This document shows positions 45,271 to 53,935 of a stretch of 64,000 nt of DNA, piece after piece. A model generated the notes under the pieces. That model searched no databases. It saw only the letters and a list, made by a program, of their open reading frames with translations, and had not been told where the DNA came from. The translations under genes were made by a program, and so were the position numbers. How positions within the stretch are numbered: position 1 is the stretch's first letter; every line of letters begins with the position of its first letter. The DNA comes from an archaeon GW2011_AR5 (GTDB lineage: Archaea > Aenigmatarchaeota > Aenigmatarchaeia > GW2011-AR5), in NCBI GenBank assembly GCA_000806115.1, contig JWKQ01000002.1, positions 52,497 through 116,496 of the forward strand, given 5' to 3'.

Positions 45271-45965
45271 TTAGCGATCTTTGCAAGCAGCTTGATGTGG
45301 TTCTTTATCTCCTTTGTATTGCTCAATTTAGACTCGCCGTATATCCGTGTTGTCAGCGTCACCGGGACTTCGATGACATTTCTCCCTTTCTTTATCATGT
45401 CAAAGAGGATTTCTGCGCATATGTCGAATCCCCTGCTTTTCATGCTTATCCCCTTCAATGCATCGCGCCGATAAAGCCTGAATATTGAACTCATTGCAGT
45501 GATGTTCCTTCCGAGAAGCGTACTGTAAAGAGTATTTACTGACTTGCTTAGGAATTTTCGGTACCAGAGAACTTTCGTTCTTCCCCCCTTGCCGAAATGT
45601 GTCCCGATCACGCAGTCGTAATCGCCGCTATTGTATTTGGTTATAAGTTTTGGAATCTCCCTTGGATGAAAGGTGAAGTCTGCGTCCAGGAAAATTATCA
45701 GGGTGCCTTTTGCGCTCTTCACGCCCGTCCTTGTGCCCGCTCCAAGTCCCATGTTTCGCGGATGCTGAACCATGCGCACATACCTGTATTTTTTCTGAAG
45801 CTTCCTTACTTCATCAGCAGTGCCGTCCGTTGAACCGTCGTCAATAACCAGGATTTCATAGCGCATACCGACGCCTTTCAGGACGGGTATCAGCTCTTTT
45901 TCAATGCGCCTGATGTTCTGCTCCTCATTGCACGCGGGAATGACGACGGTAAGCGACTCTGGCAT
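45252..45965 (-). CDS. GT2 glycosyltransferase, polyprenyl-phosphate sugar synthase-like (Dpm1-like)
   Basis: 237 aa with VVIPACNEE...YEILVIDDGSTDGT and DADF. Confidence 0.7.
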   Translation of the reverse strand: MPESLTVVIPACNEEQNIRRIEKELIPVLKGVGMRYEILVIDDGSTDGTADEVRKLQKKYRYVRMVQHPRNMGLGAGTRTGVKSAKGTLIIFLDADFTFHPREIPKLITKYNSGDYDCVIGTHFGKGGRTKVLWYRKFLSKSVNTLYSTLLGRNITAMSSIFRLYRRDALKGISMKSRGFDICAEILFDMIKKGRNVIEVPVTLTTRIYGESKLSNTKEIKNHIKLLAKIAKWRVTR

Positions 45966-45969
45966 GATC

Positions 45970-47292
45970 TCACCAGTCGTATTTGAATATTGGAAAGCCC
46001 TTGCACAGTTCTAATATATCCGACTTAACCCTTTCTTTTGTTGCGGCGTCGTTTGCGTGTTCGATTGCTTTAGAAATAAAGCCCGCTATATCCTTCATCT
46101 CGCTCTCCCTCATGCCTCTTGTTGTCAGTGCGGGAGTACCAAGCCTTATCCCGCTCGGATCATAAGGCTTTCTTGTGTCAAACGGTATAGTATTTTTGTT
46201 CACAGTTATGCAAACGTCTTCCAGCGCCTTCTCGGCTTCTCTTCCTGTTATGTTCTTGTTCTGGAGGTCGATGAGCATCAGGTGGTTGTCAGTCCCGTCA
46301 GTCACGAGCTTGAACCCGTGAGCCATGAGGGATTCCGCCAGCGTCTTTGCATTTTTAAGTATCTGCTGGGCATACCGTTTGAATCCCGGCTGCATGGCTT
46401 CGTGAAGGGCAACTGCAATTCCTGCTGTTGTATGATTATGAGGGCCGCCTTGAAGTCCGGGGAATATTGCCCTGTCAATTAGTGTGGGCAGATTTTCCCT
46501 CGGGTTAGCGCCGTCAGGAAGCGGTTTCAAAGGTTCTGACGGATTTCCGTTGCACATTATCATGCCGCCTCTAGGTCCTCGAAGCGTCTTGTGTGTAGTG
46601 GTTGTTATAACATCTGCGTGTCCTGCAGGTGATGGAACTACCTTGGCAGCAATCAATCCGGCCTCATGTGCGATGTCCGCGACGAAGTAAGAGTCTATGC
46701 TGTGCGCTATCTCGCCTAGCCGCTTGTAATCATAAATCCTCGGGTATGCTGTCGCTCCGCAGAATATCAGCTTTGGCCTTTCCTGTTTCGCCTGCGCTTC
46801 GAGCGCGTCGTAGTCTATCGTACCGTCTTGCCCTGTCTTGTAATTTACAGCATTATAAAATCTGCCAGAAAAATTCACATTCCAGCCGTGAGTAAGATGC
46901 CCGCCGAAAAACAGATGAAGTCCCATTACCTTGTCGCCCTGGTTGAGAAGCGCAAAGTATACCGCCTGATTTGCCGGACTGCCTGAGAGCGGCTGGACGT
47001 TTGCATGGCTCACGCCGAAAAGTTTTTTCGCGCGGTCAACGGCGAGCGATTCAATCTCGTCAATGAACTGGTTGCCTCCGTAATACCTTTTTCCCGGATA
47101 GCCTTCGGAATACTTGTTAGTAAGTATCGAGCCCATGGCTGCCAGAACAGAATCGCTTACATAATTCTCGGAAGGAATCATTTCAAGTCCGTTCTTCTGT
47201 CTGTTTGCCTCTTTTTGCATTGAAGTGTAAATTTCGGGGTCGGATTGCTCGAGCATATTGCCACCTTCTTTTTTAATTCTATAATCTGTCAT
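45970..47292 (-). CDS. glyA: Serine hydroxymethyltransferase (the start may be the second Met at 47256)
   Basis: 440 aa with the PLP-lysine region TTTTHKTLRGPRGG. The length is typical. Confidence 0.85.
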   Translation of the reverse strand: MTDYRIKKEGGNMLEQSDPEIYTSMQKEANRQKNGLEMIPSENYVSDSVLAAMGSILTNKYSEGYPGKRYYGGNQFIDEIESLAVDRAKKLFGVSHANVQPLSGSPANQAVYFALLNQGDKVMGLHLFFGGHLTHGWNVNFSGRFYNAVNYKTGQDGTIDYDALEAQAKQERPKLIFCGATAYPRIYDYKRLGEIAHSIDSYFVADIAHEAGLIAAKVVPSPAGHADVITTTTHKTLRGPRGGMIMCNGNPSEPLKPLPDGANPRENLPTLIDRAIFPGLQGGPHNHTTAGIAVALHEAMQPGFKRYAQQILKNAKTLAESLMAHGFKLVTDGTDNHLMLIDLQNKNITGREAEKALEDVCITVNKNTIPFDTRKPYDPSGIRLGTPALTTRGMRESEMKDIAGFISKAIEHANDAATKERVKSDILELCKGFPIFKYDW

Positions 47293-47302
47293 TTTTAATA
47301 GG

Positions 47303-47404
47303 TATATAGTGAACCCACAAACATGCCTGAATTCTTTTGTGGGTTCACAGATAGCTCACAAGGGAGTGATATTATCCAGATTATTTCCTTGTAGAGCTAT
47401 AATC
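47303..47404. promoter_or_regulatory. Palindromic promoter element E3 (hairpin-1 gtgaacccacaaa/tttgtgggttcac + AGATAG + hairpin-2 + CTATAAT), upstream of glyA; it overlaps the last 15 codons of the 5-FCL gene
   Basis: About 85% identical to E1 over about 100 nt. There is a perfect 13 bp inverted repeat at 47309-47348. The 5-FCL stop codon (47356-47358) lies inside the element. Confidence 0.6.
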
Positions 47405-47928
47405 CGTTCCTCCGTAAGTATCATGTCAACAGGCACGTCATTGCTTTCCGTGTCGATTTTGTCCACTATCTGGAAGTCGAACGCGAGTGCTATTTTCTTG
47501 CCGGCGGTTTTTGCAAGGAACCTGTCAAAATATCCGCCGCCGCGTCCTATGCGGTTGCCGTTTTTGTCAAAAGCCGTGCCCGGAATTATAATCACGTCGA
47601 ATTCATTTTTGGCTGAAACTTCCATCGGCTCCGGAATGCCGAAAGCGCCCGACTTGAGTCCGCTGCTGAATGTCCCTGGCACGATGTCGCCGTCCCTGAT
47701 GACAGGACAGTAGACATTCTTTCCCAGTTTTACGGATTCGCGAATCACTTCCGACGTATCGACTTCGTGCATGTCTGACAGGTAAATGAATATGTCGCCG
47801 GCAGTCTGAAAGTCCTCGAGCAAAATGAGCCTTTCCTTTATGATTCCGCTCTTTATTTTCATGTTGGTATGGGATTTTAACTCTTCGGATTTCTGTTTTC
47901 TGACTGTTCTTTTGTCCGTGTGTATCAC
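47356..47928 (-). CDS. 5-formyltetrahydrofolate cyclo-ligase
   Basis: 190 aa with a GRGGGYFDR motif. The C-terminal 15 residues are encoded by repeat element E3. Confidence 0.7.
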   Translation of the reverse strand: MIHTDKRTVRKQKSEELKSHTNMKIKSGIIKERLILLEDFQTAGDIFIYLSDMHEVDTSEVIRESVKLGKNVYCPVIRDGDIVPGTFSSGLKSGAFGIPEPMEVSAKNEFDVIIIPGTAFDKNGNRIGRGGGYFDRFLAKTAGKKIALAFDFQIVDKIDTESNDVPVDMILTEERIIALQGNNLDNITPL

Positions 47929-48755
47929 CTGTTTTGCACCAGATACGCATTCAGGGTGTTCTGCACCAGCATAGCTACCGTCATGGGTCCGACACCGCCG
48001 GGCACCGGCGTAATTGCAGCCGCCTTTTCCTTTACAGAAGCGTCTGCGTCGCCTACGAGCTTTTTGCCGTCCCTGTTTATGCCGACATCTATAATTATTG
48101 CATTTTCTTTTATCATGTCGCCCTTCAGGTAATTCGGCTTGCCGACTGCAACAATTACTATATCAGAATTCTTCGTTATATTTTCTATGTTCTTCGTTTT
48201 AGTGTGACACATTGTAACGGTAGCATCCCTGTTGTAAAGCATGGAATAGAGCGGCTTGCCAACATGCGCGCTTCTGCCTATGATTGCAACGTTGGCGCCG
48301 CTTATCTTTGTATTTTCTTCGAGAATTTTGATTATGCCGTACGGTGTGCATGCCGGCATGCTTTCGTCGCCGTAAGCGAGTCTTCCGAGATTGAAGGGAT
48401 GCATGCCGTCGACATCTTTCATCGGATCCAGAAGTTCAATGAATTTCTGTGTGTCGAGCCCGGGGAGGGGAAGCTGGATGAGTACGCCATTTACTGACAT
48501 GTCATTGTTTAGTTTTTTTAGAAGACTTGCCAGAGATTCTCCGTCGTCCGCTCTGTGTATCTCTGCCTGCATTCCGACCGACTCGCATGTCTTTTTTTTA
48601 ATCTTCACGTATGTCAGAGAAGCTGGATCGTTGCCGACAAGTATAGTTGCTAGTTTTGGTTTGATGCTGTTTTCTCTAATATATTTTTTTGTCTCTGAAA
48701 GGTATTTGTCAGCCGTCCTTTTTCCGTCTATGATTTTGCATGACATCCAAATCAT
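47925..48755 (-). CDS. folD: Bifunctional 5,10-methylene-THF dehydrogenase / 5,10-methenyl-THF cyclohydrolase
   Basis: 276 aa with the FolD signatures (GKRTADKYL..., VGNDPASLTYV, GGVGPMT). Confidence 0.85.
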   Translation of the reverse strand: MIWMSCKIIDGKRTADKYLSETKKYIRENSIKPKLATILVGNDPASLTYVKIKKKTCESVGMQAEIHRADDGESLASLLKKLNNDMSVNGVLIQLPLPGLDTQKFIELLDPMKDVDGMHPFNLGRLAYGDESMPACTPYGIIKILEENTKISGANVAIIGRSAHVGKPLYSMLYNRDATVTMCHTKTKNIENITKNSDIVIVAVGKPNYLKGDMIKENAIIIDVGINRDGKKLVGDADASVKEKAAAITPVPGGVGPMTVAMLVQNTLNAYLVQNR

Positions 48756-49861
48756 CTCAGAATTATATCGACGATTTTCTTGCTACTTTTTCCGTCGCCG
48801 AACGGGTTCTCCCAGTTGCGCTTCCTTTCCATCATTATATCAGCGCACTCCACTATCTTATCCGGGTCCGTCCCTGCAAGTATGTTTGCGCCGACATCTA
48901 TCGTCTCGGGCCTCTCTGTATTTTCCCTGAGTGTTACACATGGCACGCGGAGCACGCAGCTTTCTTCCTGGACGCCGCCCGAGTCGGTAAGTATGAGGCT
49001 TGCTTCCTGTTCAAGCTTTAGGAATTCCATGAAGCCGATAGGATCAATGAGTACTACGCCCTCTGGTGGAACAATATCAAATCTTTCCATAAGTTTTCTT
49101 GATCTGGGATGGACTGGATAAACTACAGGCTTGCCGAACTTGTTGTGCACCCTGCCGAATGCCCCCATGACATTGGAGAACTTTTCTCTTACATCAGCAT
49201 TCTCCTGTCTGTGAAACGTGGCGAGAACATATCCCCGGTCCAGACCGAGTTTGTCAAGTATTTCATTTCTGGATGAAGTTTTCACGGCATCATTCAGAGC
49301 GTCGACAATGGTGTTGCCTGTGACGCTTATCCTGCTTCTGTGTATGCCTTCCTTCAGCATGTTATCAGCTGCGCGCTGAGTCGGCGCAAAAAGAAAATCA
49401 GAGAGATGATCGGCTATTATCCTGTTCGCCTCCTCAGGCATCGTCCTGTCGTAGCTCCTCAATCCCGCCTCGACATGTCCAAGCATTACATTGATGTTTG
49501 TGAATGGAGCAGTTGTCGCAAGTTTTCGCGTCGTGAGTGAGCCTGCGAGAGTGCTGTTTGTGTCGCCCTGTGTTAGTACAATGCCGGGTTTCTCGTCAAG
49601 TATTATTTTCTCGATATCAATTAGCATTCTGCCGGTATGCTCGCCCTGCAGGAATGGCGCGGAAGATCTTATTCCAAGGTTATATCTTGGTGTTGGGAGA
49701 CTGAGTTGCTCGAAGAATACCTTCTCCATCTCATAATTGTAATGCTGTCCTGTGTATATCAGAAAATAGTCTGCTCCGCGGCTTTCGAGTTCCTTTATCA
49801 GCGGGCTTGTTTTTATGATTTCAGGTCTTGTACCGGCTACAATAGCTACTTTGCTGGGCAT
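48752..49861 (-). CDS. wecB: UDP-N-acetylglucosamine 2-epimerase (non-hydrolysing)
   Basis: 369 aa starting VAIVAGTRPEIIK, with HVEAGLRS. Confidence 0.8.
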   Translation of the reverse strand: MPSKVAIVAGTRPEIIKTSPLIKELESRGADYFLIYTGQHYNYEMEKVFFEQLSLPTPRYNLGIRSSAPFLQGEHTGRMLIDIEKIILDEKPGIVLTQGDTNSTLAGSLTTRKLATTAPFTNINVMLGHVEAGLRSYDRTMPEEANRIIADHLSDFLFAPTQRAADNMLKEGIHRSRISVTGNTIVDALNDAVKTSSRNEILDKLGLDRGYVLATFHRQENADVREKFSNVMGAFGRVHNKFGKPVVYPVHPRSRKLMERFDIVPPEGVVLIDPIGFMEFLKLEQEASLILTDSGGVQEESCVLRVPCVTLRENTERPETIDVGANILAGTDPDKIVECADIMMERKRNWENPFGDGKSSKKIVDIILR

Positions 49862-49939
49862 ATGAACAAGTCCGGATGAAAAGATTTAAACCGATTCTAG
49901 GACAAAACCAAAAATCTCTCAAACCTATTAAGCTTTTCT

Positions 49940-50860
49940 TTGCGTATCTCACTAATGGACATTAGTGTGATTGTTCCAATACACAACAGCAGACATTTTC
50001 TTTCTGATCTTGTAAAATCTTTGACGAATCAGGACTATCGCGGCAGCTATGAAATAATATTTGTTGATGACGGATCAACAGACGGGACAGACACTCTGAT
50101 GAAGAGTCTTGCAGGAAATGTTTCTAATATCAGGCAGAAAAAATCAGGTCCTGCTACGGCAAGAAATCTCGGAATAAGACATTCACGCGGCAGGATACTT
50201 GCATTCACTGATAGCGACTGCATACCCAATAGGAACTGGCTCTCAGAACTGGATAGGGCGTTCAAGGGCGGCGTGAGTGCGGTTGAGGGAAAGGTTGTCA
50301 CAAAGGGGCGTATCTATTCGGATTCCCATTTCATTTCCAGCAATGGTGGGATGTTCCTTACGTCTAACATAGCCTTCCTGCGCCGTTCTATCAGGGGTTT
50401 CGATGAGCGATACCAGTACCCTAACAGGGAAGATTCTGACATTGCATTCGGCATTTTATCAGGCGGCAAAACGATTGTTTTCACGAAGAAAGCAGTCGTG
50501 AGGCACAGATTGCTGAAAAGTTCGCTTTTTGGGATGCTGAAGAGAAAGTTGTACTTCGAGTCTGACGTTCTTCTTTTTAAGAAGTATCCGTATCTTTACA
50601 GGAAGTATATCAGATTCCCTTTTGAAAGATTCACACCCTTATACATTATCTTCAGCGTGGCAGGATTCATAAATCCGCTGCTATGGATAGGTATTCCGCT
50701 CACAGCTGCTGCAGAAGTCAAGTACAGAAAATATAAGTTCAGCGCCGTGTCTTATATAAAATTCTTGATCGCGCAGGCTGTTGGAAGCTTTTTGAATTTG
50801 TTCGCTGTTGTTACCGGCTGTGTAAGGTACCGAGTGAATCCAATCAGGCTGATTCTCTGA
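49940..50860 (+). CDS. GT2 glycosyltransferase
   Basis: 306 aa with VIVPIHN...YEIIFVDDGSTDGT and DSD. Confidence 0.65.
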   Translation: MRISLMDISVIVPIHNSRHFLSDLVKSLTNQDYRGSYEIIFVDDGSTDGTDTLMKSLAGNVSNIRQKKSGPATARNLGIRHSRGRILAFTDSDCIPNRNWLSELDRAFKGGVSAVEGKVVTKGRIYSDSHFISSNGGMFLTSNIAFLRRSIRGFDERYQYPNREDSDIAFGILSGGKTIVFTKKAVVRHRLLKSSLFGMLKRKLYFESDVLLFKKYPYLYRKYIRFPFERFTPLYIIFSVAGFINPLLWIGIPLTAAAEVKYRKYKFSAVSYIKFLIAQAVGSFLNLFAVVTGCVRYRVNPIRLIL

Positions 50861-51779
50861 AATATTTGATTGTTGACTTCATGCCTTCCTCTATTCCAAC
50901 ACTTGGCTTCCAGCCAAGGATTTTTCCCGCTTTGGCTATGTCTGGTTTCCTTCTCGTGGGATCGTCCGTCGGAATTTGTCTGAAAACTTTCTTTGATTTT
51001 GAATCTGTCAGTCTGATAACAATATCCGCTAGTTCAAGCATAGTTATTTCATTGGGGTTTCCCAGGTTTATTACTTCACCCGCCGATTTTTCGCTGAACA
51101 TTGCGCGTTCTATGCCTTCCACCATGTCTGAAACGTAGCAGAAGGAACGTGTCTGTCTGCCGTCTCCGTATATTGTAATCGGTTTGCTGGAAATTGCCTG
51201 ATTCACAAAATTCGGCACGACACGCCCGTCATTCTTGTTCATTCTTGGACCGTATGTGTTGAATATCCTTATGATAGTCCAATTGACTCCGGGAAAGCTA
51301 GAGACTAGCGCTTCCGAGAAACGCTTCCCCTCATCATAGCACGCCCTCGGCCCGTTTGGGTTGACATTTCCCCAGTAAGTTTCTTTCTGCGGATGTTCTT
51401 TTGGATCCCCGTATACCTCGGAAGATGACGCGTAAAGGATTTTGGCGTTATTTTCTTTTGCGAGATTGAGAAGATTGAGGGTGCCGACCGAGTTCGCCAT
51501 AAGTGTTTCGACAGGATATTTTTGGTAGTGTACCGGACTTGCAGGAGATGCCATATGAAAAATAAAATCTACACTGTCTATATCAACCTGTTTTGTTATA
51601 TCCTGGTGGATGAAAGAGAAACTTCCGTCTTTTTCAAATTCCTTCAAGTTGTTTCTTTTTCCTGTTATTTCATTATCAGCACATATCACATTGAACCTTT
51701 TTTTCAAGAGGTCTTGGCAAAGCCAGCTGCCGATGAATCCCGAGCCGCCGGCTACTAGGACAGTTTTTTTTGTTTTCAT
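50844..51779 (-). CDS. NAD-dependent epimerase/dehydratase, UDP-glucuronate decarboxylase (UXS)-like
   Basis: 311 aa with VLVAGGSGFIGS and YDEGKR. Confidence 0.7.
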   Translation of the reverse strand: MKTKKTVLVAGGSGFIGSWLCQDLLKKRFNVICADNEITGKRNNLKEFEKDGSFSFIHQDITKQVDIDSVDFIFHMASPASPVHYQKYPVETLMANSVGTLNLLNLAKENNAKILYASSSEVYGDPKEHPQKETYWGNVNPNGPRACYDEGKRFSEALVSSFPGVNWTIIRIFNTYGPRMNKNDGRVVPNFVNQAISSKPITIYGDGRQTRSFCYVSDMVEGIERAMFSEKSAGEVINLGNPNEITMLELADIVIRLTDSKSKKVFRQIPTDDPTRRKPDIAKAGKILGWKPSVGIEEGMKSTIKYFRESA

Positions 51780-51783
51780 GCAA

Positions 51784-52596
51784 TCACTTTCTGTTGTTGG
51801 AAGGCGGTATTATAAGCCCGTCATGCGCCATCTTATTGGCATTCTCATACGCCTCTATAGTGCTGATGTCTATCCAGTACGGAAGTTTTGTGACAAATCC
51901 TGCAAGCTTGTCGTCCTTTGCAAGAAGAGGAAAGAGTGAATTCTCGACTTTTATGCTCTCCCTAGGCAGCATATCGAAGACGTCGCCTATCTCAAGTATG
52001 TAATATCCGCCGTTCGCGAGCCTTGACGGGGCGTCCTCGAGCCGCGGCTTCTCCACGAAATGTTCGACAAGATTGAAGCCTTTTGACTGTTTTATTTTTG
52101 CAATTCCGAACCTGTTCAGCTGGTCTGCAGGCGCCTCGAACAGAAGTACTGTTGCGGATGTCCCGAGCTCTGCGCGGCATTTATCATGGTAGTCTATCAT
52201 GGACTTGATGTCAAATTGCGTCAGATTGTCGCCGTAAACGACGATGATCCTGCCGCTGCGGATATTCGTCTCCTCAAGTATGTATCTTATGTCGCCGGCA
52301 GTCTCCCTTTGCGGCGTCGGTATCGTGCGCACCTTGCACGGGTAGTTCATGTTCTTGAGGTACGAATCGATTGAAATGCCGTGTATGTGGGAAAGCGTCC
52401 TTTCCTCCGTGTCCTCGCCTGTCGTGCCGGACACCGCCACTATAATCTCGTCTATGCTGTCGTCCAGTACGCTCCTTATCACCCAGTCAAGCATGGGCTT
52501 GCCGTGAACAGGCAGCAGGGGCTTTGGAATGCCGTATGTCAGCGGTCTCAGCCGCGTCCCTTTGCCCGCCGCAAGAATTATCGCTTTCACCAGCAA
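51784..52596 (-). CDS. Sugar-1-phosphate nucleotidyltransferase
   Basis: 270 aa with AIILAAGKGTRLRPLTYGIPKPLLP. Confidence 0.7.
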   Translation of the reverse strand: MLVKAIILAAGKGTRLRPLTYGIPKPLLPVHGKPMLDWVIRSVLDDSIDEIIVAVSGTTGEDTEERTLSHIHGISIDSYLKNMNYPCKVRTIPTPQRETAGDIRYILEETNIRSGRIIVVYGDNLTQFDIKSMIDYHDKCRAELGTSATVLLFEAPADQLNRFGIAKIKQSKGFNLVEHFVEKPRLEDAPSRLANGGYYILEIGDVFDMLPRESIKVENSLFPLLAKDDKLAGFVTKLPYWIDISTIEAYENANKMAHDGLIIPPSNNRK

Positions 52597-53867
52597 ACAC
52601 CCTCATAGCCGCTTACCTTTTCCGGATCGAGTATTTTCCTTCCTTCAATTATTATTCTATTGTTCATGGCACTAAAGTCCTTGTCAGTGAGCGAAGCGAA
52701 TTCTTCCCAGCCCGTGAGTATCAGGCATGCGTCCGCCGCATTCAGCGCTTCTGCTGCGCTGCCCGTATAAGTGAGGTTGGGGAATATCTTTTTCATGTTC
52801 TCCGAAGCTTTCGGGTCGTAGCATCTTACGCTGCAGCCGCGCCTGAGAAGCTCAGTTACTACAGGAATTGACGGGGCGTCCCTGACGTCGTCCGTGCCCT
52901 CCTTGAATGCCAGCCCGAGTATTGCTACAGCCCTGTTGCGTATATCAGCTCTTTTTTCAAGAAGTGAAACTATCCTTAGCGGCTGCGCGGCATTGACGGA
53001 AAGCACGGTTTCAAGGATTCGTGATTTGTCGCCGGACTCGTCGGTTTTTCTGAGCAGCGCGCTTACGTCTTTTCCGAAGCAGCTGCCTCCGAACCCTATG
53101 CCTGCCTGAAGGAAGTGCCCGCCTATTCTTTTGTCGAGCCCCATTCCTTCCGCAACTTCATTGACGTCGATGTCCAGTGTTTTGCAAAGGTTCCCAATCT
53201 CGTTGATAAACGTTATCTTGGTCGCAAGGAACGCGTTGGAAGCGTATTTTATGAGTTCGGCTGTCTTGATGCTGGTGCGTTTTATTGGACAGTTGAAGCT
53301 GCTGTAAAGTTCCTGCAGCCTGTCGCATGACTCCCTGTCATATCCGCCTATCACGATCCTGTCTGGGTTGAAGAAGTCGTCAAGCGCTTTTCCTTCCCTC
53401 AGGAATTCGGGGTTCACGCATACGCCGAAACCCTTGCCGACGGTTTTGCCAGAAACCCTTTCAATTGCAGGGATTACGGTATTCTCAGTGGTGCCGGGGA
53501 GCACGGTGGATTTAACCACGACTGTGGCGTCGTTGTTCTTTATGAAATTTCCTATGTCCTCTGACGCCTTCTCTATATATTTCAAATCAATGTTTCCGTC
53601 CTGTTTCGAAGGCGTGCCGACCGCAATGAAAATGAAGTCGGTGTCCTTGACCGTTCCGATATTTTGTGTCGCGGAAAGTTTTCCGGTTTTTACAGCTTTT
53701 GCAAGAAGTTCTCCGAGCCCTTCCTCGTATATGGGAGGTTCGCCGCGGTTGATGCAGTCGACTTTGTTCTTGTCGACATCTACGCAGATTACTTCATGTT
53801 CCAGAGACGCAAAACCTGCGGCGGTGCACAACCCCACGTAACCCGAGCCTACAACTGTTATTCTCAT
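52587..53867 (-). CDS. Nucleotide-sugar 6-dehydrogenase (UDP-glucose / UDP-ManNAc dehydrogenase family)
   Basis: 426 aa with ITVVGSGYVGL and the catalytic Cys region GFGGSCFGKD. Confidence 0.8.
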   Translation of the reverse strand: MRITVVGSGYVGLCTAAGFASLEHEVICVDVDKNKVDCINRGEPPIYEEGLGELLAKAVKTGKLSATQNIGTVKDTDFIFIAVGTPSKQDGNIDLKYIEKASEDIGNFIKNNDATVVVKSTVLPGTTENTVIPAIERVSGKTVGKGFGVCVNPEFLREGKALDDFFNPDRIVIGGYDRESCDRLQELYSSFNCPIKRTSIKTAELIKYASNAFLATKITFINEIGNLCKTLDIDVNEVAEGMGLDKRIGGHFLQAGIGFGGSCFGKDVSALLRKTDESGDKSRILETVLSVNAAQPLRIVSLLEKRADIRNRAVAILGLAFKEGTDDVRDAPSIPVVTELLRRGCSVRCYDPKASENMKKIFPNLTYTGSAAEALNAADACLILTGWEEFASLTDKDFSAMNNRIIIEGRKILDPEKVSGYEGVCW

Positions 53868-53935
53868 TGACTATCAGTTTAAACAGGGGGTTTTAAAAAC
53901 ATTTAGAATGTTGCAGGAATTGCTCCAAAAATCCG

